A DNA stretch of 63,844 nucleotides, the filler included, from Cercozoa sp. M6MM (taxonomy: Eukaryota > Protista > Endomyxa: Ascetosporea), in NCBI GenBank assembly GCA_040357565.1. It is 11 parts of 11 records of this genome, joined end to end, with 100 filler letters (N's around TTAATTAATTAA, not from the genome) between each part and the next. Parts side by side here need not be neighbours in the genome. Positions count along the whole stretch, not along the records: positions 1 to 7,354 come from JBDODJ010000632.1; positions 7,455 to 10,550 come from JBDODJ010001611.1; positions 10,651 to 17,969 come from JBDODJ010000636.1; 8 more parts are not named here. One strand, written 5' to 3'. Every line of letters begins with the position of its first letter. Within the stretch, counting starts at the first letter, position 1. Positions 1 through 14,244 of the stretch are shown here, piece after piece. The translations under genes and the position numbers were made by a program. The notes under the pieces are model-generated. The model was not told the origin of the DNA and did no database searches. It saw only the letters and a program-made list of their open reading frames with translations.

Positions 1-47
<47 letters not shown>

Positions 48-62
48 GCTATCTATCTATCT
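1..62. repeat. (CTAT)n microsatellite, intronic
   Basis: Near-perfect CTAT tandem array at the window start. Confidence 0.95.
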
Positions 63-73
63 GTATAAGTATT

Positions 74-2069
74 ATGCGAGTCTACAGGTACGAAGCGAAC
101 GGTGCGTTGGACCAGTTGTCGCCCGCCCAGTTGTTGACACCGCTGAACGGACGCAATCTTGCAATTGATGCGTTTGCACTGGTACAATTGTCTCCCTCAG
201 ACATGTTGTACTCAAGACAGAGGTGCGCCGTAGCCACCCGGCGAGTACCGCTTCCGCCTCAATGCTAGTGACACCACATACGACGCCTTTTCGGTATGCT
301 GTTTGGGTTTACTCGTTTGCCTGGATGTTGAGGTCTTGTCCTTGCTGGACATACAGATGGGTGAGGCTCGTGTCGTTGTTGTGGACGCACCTGTCGTTGC
401 AGAAGTGCTTGCCAACCAGACCAAGGACGACTTGGTCAATTTGTCGGTTTCTGCGGTATCCGGACTGACTTGCTGGGAGACAATGATGCCATGTTGGTGT
501 ATTAGACGCTGTCATCGACGGATGTGGCACCTTTGCTGGTGCGCTGGTTCCTGCAGCTGTCTGGTACGACTGCGTTGCGTTTCTTCAGTCTGTGCTGTCT
601 TGGTGTACACGTTGTTGAGTGAGTACTGAACAGAGTCGGAGCAAACCTCGCTGACGGACTGGTCGACCGAGACGACGTCGGTGGTGTCGCTGCCGCCCGG
701 GAGTCACACCGTGCATGGTATCTCTTTATGTATGTATATTTATGTAATAAGTTTCTGTGTGTAGTGAAAGTCCGCGATGCGGTGGGCGGTGTCGCATCGG
801 CTTCCACTGCAATCGAAGTGGTCTCCCATGTTGGTACTTTGACAGACAAGACCAATTAAAGACACATGCAAGTGTATGTATACCTGCAGACCAGTGCGAA
901 GTGTCACTGCGCAAGCTCTCGCAAACACGTGCGACTGGTCGTCTGCCCGACACGTTGCTGTCTGTATTAGTCTCCTTGAGAAGGGGTCTTGTCTACTCAT
1001 TCATACGTGTGGCACGTGGTCGCAGGTGAGTCAGGTGGCCAGCAGCTACCTGCATGGCAGCAGTGATGGCACGGTGTGCAGTCAGTTGCCGCAGGAGATG
1101 CTGTTGTCGCTGCGTCTCTTCCGTCAAGTGCGTGCCTTTAATCAGACTCAGTGTGCACATCCCGAGGCGCATCTTCTGGCTGAGGTAAGTTCCTTTTGAC
1201 TGTTAGGCTTTGTTTGCGATTGTTTGCTTGTTGGAGGACAGGCGATGCGACTTAGCACACAGTTGATCTCGCAGATGGAGGCAAAACTGGACCCTGTCGA
1301 CTTTGACCTTCTCGTCGGCGAGGAAGGCATGACGCACGACCTCTTGTGTGCCGTCGACGATGACTACGTGCAGGACTCTGTGTTGATCCTGGTGCGACTA
1401 CTCTCTTTGTCTGACTGCTGAAGGGTATGTGTTGTGCTAGACAGGCACAGACCGGCGCAGCATTGAGCAACACACTGGGTTTGGCTTCCTCCTCTCTGGT
1501 GCTTCTTCCCTTCCATATCTGGATGCATATTATTTGCAGACTCTGTATGTATGTATCTATCGTGCTTACTTAGAACGGAGCACCGCTGTGCTACGTGACG
1601 CACCAAATTACCGAGTTCACCACTGAGGTTCCAACTGACTCGAACTCTTTGTGTCAGTTCCACTTGACTTGATTCTCGTTGTCAGTTGCTGATTGCCAAA
1701 CTGGCGCCTGCTCTGGCCGGCGAACACCCAGAGTACTGCCGCTTTTATTTGGTCGTTCGTTGAAGTTCCAGAAATTTCTGCTGTTATTTGAACAGGTACG
1801 CCGAGTTCGACAATGTGTTTGGCGCAGGCGCCAAGTTCGATGCAGGCACCCGTGTCACTCTGTCTGGTATCTTTACTGTTACTAATATAGTATAAATCTA
1901 TAAACATATTTATATATGTTTCCAGGTGACGTGCACGTCGAGGTGCCAGAGAATGCGTTTGAACACCCTGGCGAAGTGGTATCCTCGTGCACGAGCCCTA
2001 ACTTGTGAAGAAAACAGGAATATTGCTGCCGTCTGTGTGTGCGTGTGAGTGTGTGCGTGTGTGTGTGTG

Positions 2070-2123
<54 letters not shown>

Positions 2124-2133
2124 NNNNNNNNNN

Positions 2134-2184
<51 letters not shown>

Positions 2185-4414
2185 TGTAACAGTGTCGGCA
2201 CTCGACCCGTCACTCAGCAGTATGCTACACCACTGTACTCGCAGTTTCGCGGTTACTGTCTGTCTGTGACTAGGCTGCTTTGCCGCCGAGAACTCTGCGT
2301 CGCCCGATGATACGTGCTCGGTGACGGACATCAATGCGCAGAACGGTGAACTACGGTACCAGTCGACCGTACTCAACACTTCCGTCAGACACCGTGTCTC
2401 ACTGTGTCCAAATGACTCTCTGACTGGTTGGATAGCGACATCACATTCGCGCTGACGTGCAGCGATCAGCACCAGTACCGTGTGGATGGTATCTTGCACA
2501 CCAGTACAATGCTACAAAGGGAGGTGTGAGTGTGTCACACAGAGTGTGCCAAGCCACACGCCACGTGTCGGTGGTTCGACTCGACCAGTTTGGTGAGAGA
2601 GGGGTCTTTGCATTCCTAAGGTGTCCTGAGGGACTGATGTGTCTTGGTTTGACTGCTCGCAGTCGTGGAGTCAAGATGGCTGCGTCACCGTGTCGGCAAC
2701 TCCTGCCAGCGACGGTGTGCACACCGTGTATCAGTGTCGGTGCCAACACTTGGTACCACTCGCAGATATCAGACTCTATTTCTGGTGTGAGTAGAGTAGT
2801 ACTCGCACCTCATGTAGACCACTTTCGCAATGGTCAAGGAGATCGCACATGACGCCTGCAATAGTACGCAGGGCGAAGTGTACCTTCCCTTCGCCGGCAC
2901 CTTTGGCTTTGTCGCTGTGCTGGCCGTGCTGCAGGCTGTTCGGTATACTCTGCTGTGTATTTTTAGGGAGGACTACGTGTATGTGTTTGTACCGGTACAG
3001 CTACGTGGTCGCAACGCAGTGGCACAAAGTGGACAAGGGCCTCATCCTGCAGCACACGGGTTCATAAGCACATATATGTCATCTAGTGTGTGGTATATAT
3101 ATATATATATATCATACTTTAGGTGTTGTCACTGTCGCCATTGCTCGTGTGGCAGCCTGTGTCTACCTGGTACCATTAAGGGATAGTCAATAGCTTCAGT
3201 ATTTAATAGTATATGTGTACCGAGTGGGGTGCAACCTTGCCGTGTGTCTCTGTCGAAGGAGTCGAAGGACGACCCGTCGTCCACAGTGACGATCGTCCTT
3301 CTGAGTGTGCCCATGTGCCTGGTCTACTGGGCCTTCTCCTACGTCGTCGTGCAGTGGGCCGGCATCATCCACTTTGCCATGAGTCACCCCGGCGACCCTA
3401 CTGCCAAGCTACGACGTGTGTTCTTCCCGATCAACGTTGCATTGGCGTACTACCTGTCCTTGTCGTATATCATGGGCATATATATATATATCATGTTGCA
3501 TTGGCAGTGCGACCTTGTTGGTGACGGTGGCCATCGCATCGACCGGCAACGACACTGCCGCAGACGTAGGTTCGGTGATCGTCGCCGTTGTGTCGCTTCT
3601 GACGGCAATCGGCTTTGTCGTGTACCTCCTTTGTGTTATGTGTATATATGATACATATAGACATCTTTGTTGTAGGTACGGCACACTGCTGCTGCGACAA
3701 ATGGCGCGCTCGCAGCAGATGGGCAAGACCAGGTAGTGCCTGTCTACTTGCATGTGTGCCCCTGTTTATGTGTGTATGTGTTTTTATTTAGTGATGAGAG
3801 AACTCGTGTTATGCGCAAGGCGGCACTCCGACTGTGAGTCAAGAGAGAGACTGTTTCTCGTGTGTGGTGTTGTTTGTGACTGGTAACTGTGGGTTGCAGG
3901 TTCCTTGTGACCTTGCTGACGTCGGTCGCCTTTGTCGTGCAGAGCGTCGTTGTGCTGGTAGCACTACCCCTGTGCCACTGTCCTGGTCTGATTTGTGTGT
4001 CTGTGAGTTGGATGGTGTGCGTTCGCAGTGGAGTGTGGCCGATACTGACGCCTTCAGCGAGCACAGTGACGCCTTCCAGGCAGTCTACTGGTCCGCCGAA
4101 GCGCTCACGCTGCTATTACTGCTCTTCCTGTACCTCTCGCTTGTGCGTCGTTCCGTCGACGAGAAGCGGTAGTTTCCCAGCGCCTTCTTGATGTTGGCAG
4201 TATACCCCCCCCCCCCCCCGGACAGGACACGCACGACTGGCAACACGAGTGCTACCACGGCCGGCACGGCCACGTCGCTTCAACCCACCACTCGCCATGG
4301 TACACCAAGATTCTGTTGATGTCACTTTACCAGTACTGTACTGTTATCGTTTTGCCTATGTGACACACAGAGACTCAAACTGGCACTTCGCAAACCGAGG
4401 TGGAGCTGACGTAA
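74..4414 (+). CDS. 5'-partial multi-exon REJ-like/GAIN-GPS + 7TM receptor (adhesion-GPCR/polycystin-like ectodomain; TM region resembles TOM1/GPR137 DUF1084)
   Basis: Spliced exons give the GPS motif CRWFDSTSL|SWSQDGC...YQCRCQHL|TTFAMVK (~2550-2840). Upstream is a REJ-like strand VKVRDAVGGVASASTAIEVV. About seven hydrophobic segments follow (FAGTFGFVAVLAVL; LLSVPMCLVYWAFSYVVVQWAGIIHF; VGSVIVAVVSLLTAIGFV; VYWSAEALTLLLLLFLYLSL), then a Ser/Thr tail ending EVELT* (TAA 4412-4414; last intron uncertain). Confidence 0.8.
2033..2180. repeat. (GT)n microsatellite with 10-N gap. Similar (GT)/(CA) tracts at 6076-6167, 10504-10550, 17838-17960, 18070-18176, 26372-26439, 42961-43072, 47045-47148, 47286-47334, 48583-48635 and 63795-63844
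   Basis: Direct inspection; mostly intronic or at contig ends. Confidence 0.95.
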
Positions 4415-4957
4415 ATTAGTATTGCGCCGCATCGTCGTGGGTCCATCGTCCGTCTCTTAACATTTAAACATCAAAGTTACTTTCCTACTATTCTAGTACC
4501 GACCGCCAAGCCAGGGTAAGTCGAGTAAACAATCGAAAGCAACAACGCAAAGTCCGGAAGCACCGATCTACTGTCGTACCCCGGTCCCTCATGCCATAGA
4601 AAGTAATGACTGTTTAATTGTAAGGGACGGGCTGTAATGTATCGGTACTGTAGCTACACATCACTTGAAGAAGAGGTCGCATCGATCAAAATCTTGGGGC
4701 GCGAAGTGGTCGTGCCCACGTTCAAGTAGTTCTTGTCGTGGGTATGATCGATCCTACAGTATATCCCTTGCTCTGGCGTAGCACGCGTTGAGTCTTTGAG
4801 CACACGCTGTCAACAGTTGGCAAAGAATCCCATGACAGATGATGATGTTGTCAGTATGAGCAAAAGCACGAGTGATTGTAGCCACTTTTCAAAAAAGTAG
4901 TGACCCACGCTCTTGCATCTTCACATTTTATTCGTCATCCAGCTCCTGGACGCAACA

Positions 4958-7190
<2,233 letters not shown>

Positions 7191-7354
7191 ATGTGTCATC
7201 TCGCAAACCACTCGGAGCGCAATGCGTAGCCTGCGTGCGTGTCCACAATCGTGGGCAGCGCTCTGTCAAACTGAAGCAACGACTTGATCTGACTGACGTG
7301 ACCGATTAGTGGATATCATTGAGACGTGTAGTGTAATTTTCGTATTGAATGTTG

Positions 7355-7454
7355 NNNNNNNNNNNNNNNNNNNNNNNNNNNNNNNNNNNNNNNNNNNNTT
7401 AATTAATTAANNNNNNNNNNNNNNNNNNNNNNNNNNNNNNNNNNNNNNNNNNNN
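7355..7454. other. Artificial contig linker (N44-TTAATTAATTAA-N44). Same linker at 10551-10650, 17970-18069, 26440-26539, 27769-27868, 35008-35107, 36846-36945, 38907-39006, 43988-44087 and 47335-47434
   Basis: Identical 100-bp spacer with stop codons in all six frames; genes are truncated at these points. Confidence 0.98.
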
Positions 7455-7470
7455 CCCCCCCCCCCGGCAG

Positions 7471-10456
7471 TTGGACTCGCTGCGCGTATATCACGAGGTC
7501 GACATTTCACAGGTGTGCTTTTTGTTTACCCTGTCCACTTTTACACCTTACCTCCCTCCCACCTCGTGCAGGACGCCTTTGACGCGCTGCAAGCCATGTT
7601 CAATCAGCAGCGTTGTGTGCCGCTGCCTGCCGATGTACCACCCTCCTTCTGTTTTGGTCCACGTGGACCGTCCATTTGTACCTGTCCATTAAATAGGCCA
7701 ACGAGCCGATGCAGGAAAGTGCGAGGGCCGAAAATGCGCGACACTTGGACTTTGTACCCCACCCCTTCTTTACCCGTCCCGCTTACCCTGCATGTATGCA
7801 GAGTCTCCTCGGCAGTGGTCAGACGTAGTGCGCACCTTACCTAGGATGTGTGATTAGTTGAGAGGGTGTCCATGTGTGTGTATGTGTTGCGTGACTGGTG
7901 GGGTGGTAGTGCCGCCTCGGTGGCGCTCGTGCTGCGCGCGCTGTGGCACGGCAGCTTCTTGTAGTTTTATCCCTTTACCCCCCTAAACCATTTACCCCTT
8001 TACCCCTTTACCCCTCTTATACCTTTACCCCCCCCCCCCCATCTTATCCCCCATCTTATCCCCCATCTTATCCCTTCCCCTTGACATGCAGTGGCACTGG
8101 CGGAGTTGTTGGCACGCAATACGAGTACTTTTACCCCTACCCCCTATTGCCCTCTATCCATCCTATTACCCTGGCCGCCCTTTAACCCCTGAGCAGCACT
8201 GCAATCGTTGATGGCGATTCGCATCGTGAGCAACAAGAACCTGTCCAACGCCGTGGCCGCGCTGGTATACACCACTGACCGCAGCCTTAATTAACTGTAG
8301 ATAGAGTGGCTACACGTTACACACAGATCCCGGCGGCTGCGAGTAACGCCGACAGCGCTCTCGTCCATCTGGACCTGGGTGGCAACACCTTGAGCGACAA
8401 GGTGCTCGGCACCTGGGCCAACAGTCTGCGCGAGTGGCGCACGTGTGTTGTGTTTGCCTCCCCCCCCATTACCCCCATTACCCCTTATCCCCTCTTAACC
8501 TCCTCCCCCGCCTTAGGCCGATGCAATCGTTCTCGATTCGGTACTCGCGCTGCAGCGCCAAGCCGCTGTCGGCGCTGCTGTCGGTTCTCAGTGCGTCGCT
8601 TGGCGCCTCTCTGCGGCATCTGGATGTGCGTTGCTGGTTTACCCCCTACCTCCCTCTTACCCTCTCATCTCCGAGCAGGTCAGCGGCAACGCCGTGGGCG
8701 GACGCGGCACCAAGGCGCTAGTGGCTTGGCTGCGGTCGCCGCACTGCGCGCTGCAGCACCTTAAGGTGCGCGGTGCCGACGTCGACGTCGAGCAGCTCAT
8801 CACGTTCTACCGCTCTTACCCATCTTACCCCTCCACCCCGTGTATGTCTATGTGTGCATATGTTGGCAGGGAAGGCGTGTACGCCAACGAGGAGTTGTCG
8901 CTCGTGTCGATTGACGTGGCACGGTCGGCGCTGACGGACAAAGCCGCGCGGACGCTGGCGAAACTACTGGCGTGGAGCACCTCGCTGCACGAGGTATATG
9001 CATACTTTAACCCCCTTTACCTCTTGCCACCTTTACCCCTCTGGAGTGGTAGGTCGGCATTGCGCACACAAAGGTGTCCCGCGAGTGCTTGGAGGCCGTG
9101 TGTGCCGCGCTGCTGTTCAATCCGGTGTGTTGCAGTTTTACCCCCCCCCCCCCTCTTTACCCCTCTTTACTCCTCTCTTTACCCCGACTGCAGTTGCTGA
9201 ATGACGTGTCGATTGACATCAGCGGCAACGATTGCGGAGGTAGTTGGTTGTCTTTACCCCCCCCCCCCACCCCCCCCTACTCCTCCCCATGCAGCTCTAG
9301 TGGCGTCTCGACTCGCTTCGATGCTGGTTGCGGTACTCTTACTCCCCTCTTACCCCCTCCCCCGTACTCCCTGGTGTAACAGTGTCCGCCGGACAAGGTG
9401 CGATCGTTGCGATGTGCCGACGGTGGTAGTTTAACCCCCCTCCCCCCGCCCCCCATTCACCCCCCCTCCTGTAGACCTAGGAGGTGCGGGTCTGGCCAGT
9501 ATCGTCAAGGCACTGCGGCGACATCGACAGCTCTACCGTCTCGTGTGGTATTGTTACTTACTCCCCTTTACCCCCTTATCCCCCCACAACAGCGATCGCA
9601 ATGTGTTGGCCAACGAACGCGACGACGCTTTGCCTCTGCAATTTGCGGTATACCCCTTTACCCCTTTGCCCCGTCCTTTCATTTTTTACCCCGCTTTTAC
9701 CCCCCAGGGACTCGTGTTGGACTGTTCGAATTTGCACGTGCTGCGTGTCGCCGGTGACATCGTAGGTTTTCCCTTTTACCGCTCCCCCACCCCACTTACC
9801 CCCCGGGCAGGGACCGGTGGAGGAGGCAGATGTGTCGACGTCGGCCGAGTCGTCGGTCAGCGCGGCCTCGGAAGACTCGGCCGCCGCCGCACAGTACGGC
9901 GTCTTTGTCGTGCCGATGCTGCAGGTACAGTGTGTCCGTGTCCAGTCCTGCTGTCCCTATATCTTTTGATCGGTATGGATCCGTCCATTTGGACCAAGGG
10001 CTGACCTGTTTGTACACCCAGGCACTGTCGGCTCCGAACTGTTCGGTGCGTCGTTGCGACGTCTCGGGCAACTTTATCGGTGTCACGGTACCTTCCGTGC
10101 TTACCCTCCTTCACTCTCTTTACCCGCCCTACCTTGATTCTCTGACTAGGCGATGGAGCCGCTGTGTTTCCTGTTGAAGCGAAACACGTCGCTTGTGGAG
10201 CTGTACGTGTGTCTTACCCACTGCCCCATTTTACCCTTACCCACTTTACCCCCGTGCAGCAAGCTGCTTAAGAACGACTTCACGGAGGACGGTTTCCGCC
10301 AGCTCGCCCTGGCTGTTGCCGAGAACAAGGTGATTTTATCCCCCCTCCCCCTGGTGTACTGTACGCCCAATGCTCTGCGTGCAACAGACACTGACGGAAC
10401 TGCCCTTCCCGGATGGCGACATGCAGCGTGCTGCAAAATCTACGCACAGTCGACAG
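7471..10456 (+). CDS. CARMIL/LRRC16-like RNI-type leucine-rich-repeat protein, internal fragment with many short exons
   Basis: LRRs include LVHLDLGGNTLSD, LRHLD|VSGNAVGGRG and CDVSGNFIGV. The segment LLKNDFTEDGFRQLALAVAENK|TLTELPFPDGDMQRAAK resembles the CARMIL LRR C-cap (from recalled family motifs). Confidence 0.75.
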
Positions 10457-10501
10457 GTATCTACCTTTTCGGCATATGTATAATGCATAGACAGATATCT
10501 C

Positions 10502-10550
<49 letters not shown>

Positions 10551-11308
10551 NNNNNNNNNNNNNNNNNNNNNNNNNNNNNNNNNNNNNNNNNNNNTTAATT
10601 AATTAANNNNNNNNNNNNNNNNNNNNNNNNNNNNNNNNNNNNNNNNNNNNTATAATGATCGGGTGACCAATGCCGCCGGATGACATTGGTTGGATGTCTA
10701 GTTAGATAGTAATCAGTGTCCTGGGCTGTGGCAGCAGTGTTTTTAGTCGTGACATCGGATGAACGCGCCAGAAACGCCTCAGTGGCTGGGTGTTGTCATG
10801 CGGCGAGACATCTGTATGGTACGGTACTTGTTCCGGATTTTGTTGCAGCTACCGTGCGTGGCATCGGATGGCATGATGCCTACTACTCAGTGCTAATACC
10901 GCGTTAGCGAATGGTGGATGGCGACCTCTCGCTGTCTGAGGTTTAAAACTGACAGAGCTGACATTGGATGTATTCTACAGCGACACCGAGGTGTCACTGG
11001 ATATGAAACTTAGTTTGACGGCTCACGGCATCCAATGTCACGGAAGAAGAAGTTAAGTATCACGCTTCAAGCAAGTGATTGTTCGCGCTTGCAGTTGCAA
11101 CAGACACCGCTTGCGATCACCTTGTTCTTGTTCCAACGACCGACACTACCGTATGCAACATTGTGATCCACTAAATATTATCTTTTGGGCTGTAACGGTA
11201 CCGCAGAACCTCGTATTCACCGCTCGGCGTTTACGACCGCTAAATGGCTGATCAGCGCTCGAGCAAGTGTCTCGTTCTGCCACGCTGTGCGATACGGTAG
11301 TGCTAAAT

Positions 11309-12520
11309 TTATGCGATGAACAAACAATGAGTCGGCATACGGAAAAGCATTTTAAAAGTTAAGTCTACAGTACTTTGATTCGACCTTGCGGCCACTGTCG
11401 CTCGTATTTCGCTTTCAAAAGCGTCATGATTCGAGCCAGATAATCTGATACCAACTGTGTGAATCTGAAACGGAGTAATCGAGCGTGAGCGATCGGCTAC
11501 GGGATCTAGAGCAATTGCGGTCAAACAAAGAGTGAGAGCAACCATCGGTTCCAAAACACTGTAGACGGTCGGTGCGACCTCGGCGCTCTCCTGACGAGAA
11601 ACCAGCGCAGGATCTTCTTGGATTACACGATCACGGTTGATGTCGATTTGTGTCGTCGATGCTGCTAGCTGTTGTAAAATGTTTTGTAACAGCGTGGTCA
11701 CAGAGGCTCGCTGCAAAGCAAATTCTTATTAACACAACAAGTACGTATACGGTGAACTAAATTACACATATCTGAAGCTCCCTGTCAGTACTAATAAGTA
11801 TTTGCTGCTTTGTACCAAATCTTGATCGTTTTGGAAGTTACACCTCACTATCAGGCCAGGACTGTTTTCCTGCGGAGCACTAGGCTTTGAGAAAGCTCGG
11901 GAACTCTCTTGTGTCTCTCGCACTTCCTCGTATCTGACCAACAAAAAATAAGGCGTACAACCGTAAGGTACAAGGAGAACACCTCTAAGTGGAAACGGGA
12001 GCATTCAACGTACTGCTGAATGCAATCCTGCACAATCCCGGATCCAAACTTACGTCTTTCGCTCGCAACTTTGGTGACGTAGCCCCCACACCTGCCTTGA
12101 TCAGGAATTCATCAGCGCGAAAACTTGTCAAACGCGGGTGCACCATGTGCGAGGAACCGTGCCATCGAACTGTAGGCTTCCGAAAGATATCTTTGCCCCA
12201 GCACGACGTTTCGGTCGGTGTGTTGACGTCGTCCTCACGCAAAACGCAGCTCTGCCTCACTCCGTTAAAAAAACGAAACTGCAACGGGGAAAACGTCAGA
12301 GCTACGCTACTTCGTTTGGCTTGTACCTGTTCAGACTCTGAAATTTACTGGAGCTCAGCTAGCAAGCTTGAAGTCGAGCCCTCGTTTCTCTACCATGAGT
12401 CAGTGGGTCAGTTACAGAGTCAGACAGAGCTGGCTGTGACAGGTTCGGTTGCCAGCTCAGTGAGCATCTTAAAGAACTTGACAAAATGGTGCGTATGCAC
12501 AAAACTAGGTAGTTCGAGAG
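11309..12520 (-). CDS. Possible hypothetical multi-exon gene
   Basis: Minus-strand open segments (11309-11716, ~12100-12284) with plausible GT/AG ends; no recognisable domain; 5' end unresolved. Confidence 0.3.
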
Positions 12521-12940
12521 GCGTTGCTTGCGGCATTCGGCCAGCTGCAGTTTATCGGACACACACACACACACACACACACACCCTCACGCGCGCGCGC
12601 GCGCACAGGCATTCTTCGCAACATCCGCATACTATGATAAGAGTAAACATTCAACTCTACAAGAGCGGCCAAGCCGCAGAGATCGATTTGTTTTGGCGAC
12701 ACCACAGCGTCGTTGTGTTTTCTGCCAGATAACACTGGAATGCAAGAAACGGAAGATGTTAGAAACAGCACCAATGCGACTCAATGGCGCACAATTGAAG
12801 ACATACTGGCCAACCCTGAGAAACCTAGCAACTATCTTATCAGGAAATGGAACCACTGTCAAAAATACTGTATCGACATTCCGACAGATATCGACATTCT
12901 GACAGGACTAGTCGCGTGAACGGTGTTGAATTGGCACATA

Positions 12941-13858
12941 ATGAGCTGGCATAGGTTTAGCCGCGTGCTGGGCAAAAGGTACTGTGCCCATATTTTTTGC
13001 GTTTGAGTGGTCCGGTGTATGTTGTGCTTGTAAAGATGGCACGCAGGCGTAACACTGGCCGCGATTCCAGCTGCGACCCCAGGGACGCCGAATCGCTCAG
13101 CGTACTTCACCTTGTGTATGCTTATGTGTTGTGAGACAAGTAAGGCGTGTGGTTGTTTAGAGACGACGAATCCGATGATATCTCTCCCGTTGCCTCTTTC
13201 TTGTCCTCCGGTACGTGACGCGACCAAATGTGTATGTGTTTTTACTGTGGTAAGTAGCTGTGGGTTGCTTGCAGCAAAGTCCCAGTGGTGGCAATCGCCG
13301 GAACAAGCGTGGCACGCTGTGCGAGACATGGAAGGAAAGGAGTCCATGCCCGCTGGTGCACTCACTGGCTACTGCTGGTTCGCTCCTCCATATTTCATCA
13401 CTCTGTCTCTTTTTTTTTCCTCGCTTTGTGTGTTTCGATGCCATATCATGCAGTGGATATGCGGTTGGGAAACTCGGCCGCATCGCCACCTTCACGTTGG
13501 GCGTGTGCTTTTTGGGACTGCAGGCTTTGCACCAGGCAGGCTATCTGCAGATGAACTGGGGCAAGGTCGCTGAGGATACGGTCGCGCACTTCGATCAGAG
13601 TAGGCTTGGCTTGTTCCACCTCGTGTTTGTTTGCCTTTTGTTTGACCAGTATGCGTTCTGCAGACGGTGACGGAGTACTCGATTCAAACGACGCCTCCAT
13701 TGGTGCAGCATATTACAGCGTGCGTTGCTTACGCAATGTTTATGCCGTTATTCACAGCCTGGAAGCGGACCATGGTGTTCTTGCAGCCAAATCTCCCGGG
13801 TGCTGCTGCCTTCGCGCCGGCCTTTTTACTTGGGCTGCGCCGAAGTATTCGCGTTTAA
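12941..13858 (+). CDS. FUN14-domain (FUNDC-like) mitochondrial outer-membrane protein
   Basis: MSWHRFSRVLGKR... then GALTGYC|SGYAVGKLGRIATFTLGVCFLGLQALHQAGYLQMNWGKV...PNLPGAAAFAPAFLLGL, the FUN14 pattern. Confidence 0.85.
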
Positions 13859-14244
13859 GCACGCGATCGGATGCATATGGCACGCAGAAGGCTGTCATGC
13901 ATTCGATTTTTGAGTTTAGAGCTGAGGGTCGAGTATACTTAGAAACACATACACCGTACGGTACGGACTGACCATTTGTTCACGTTCGGATCCACCTCTA
14001 CAAAGCGAAGGAAGCTGTGCCGTGAGTGGCAGATTATAATTGAACTGAACAGGATTTGATTAGTAAGTAAACTTAGTATCGCCATACTAGAGAGAAACGC
14101 AGAGGTCGACCGACATATTAAGCAAGCCTGAGTAGCTTGGGTAGTGTAAAGCAAAGCTAACTTTACATCGTATCAGTCTGGAACGACTGCACGCTCGATC
14201 TTTTCGCTCTCTCCGGCTTTCAGGTGCGGAGCTGCTGAGAAGAA

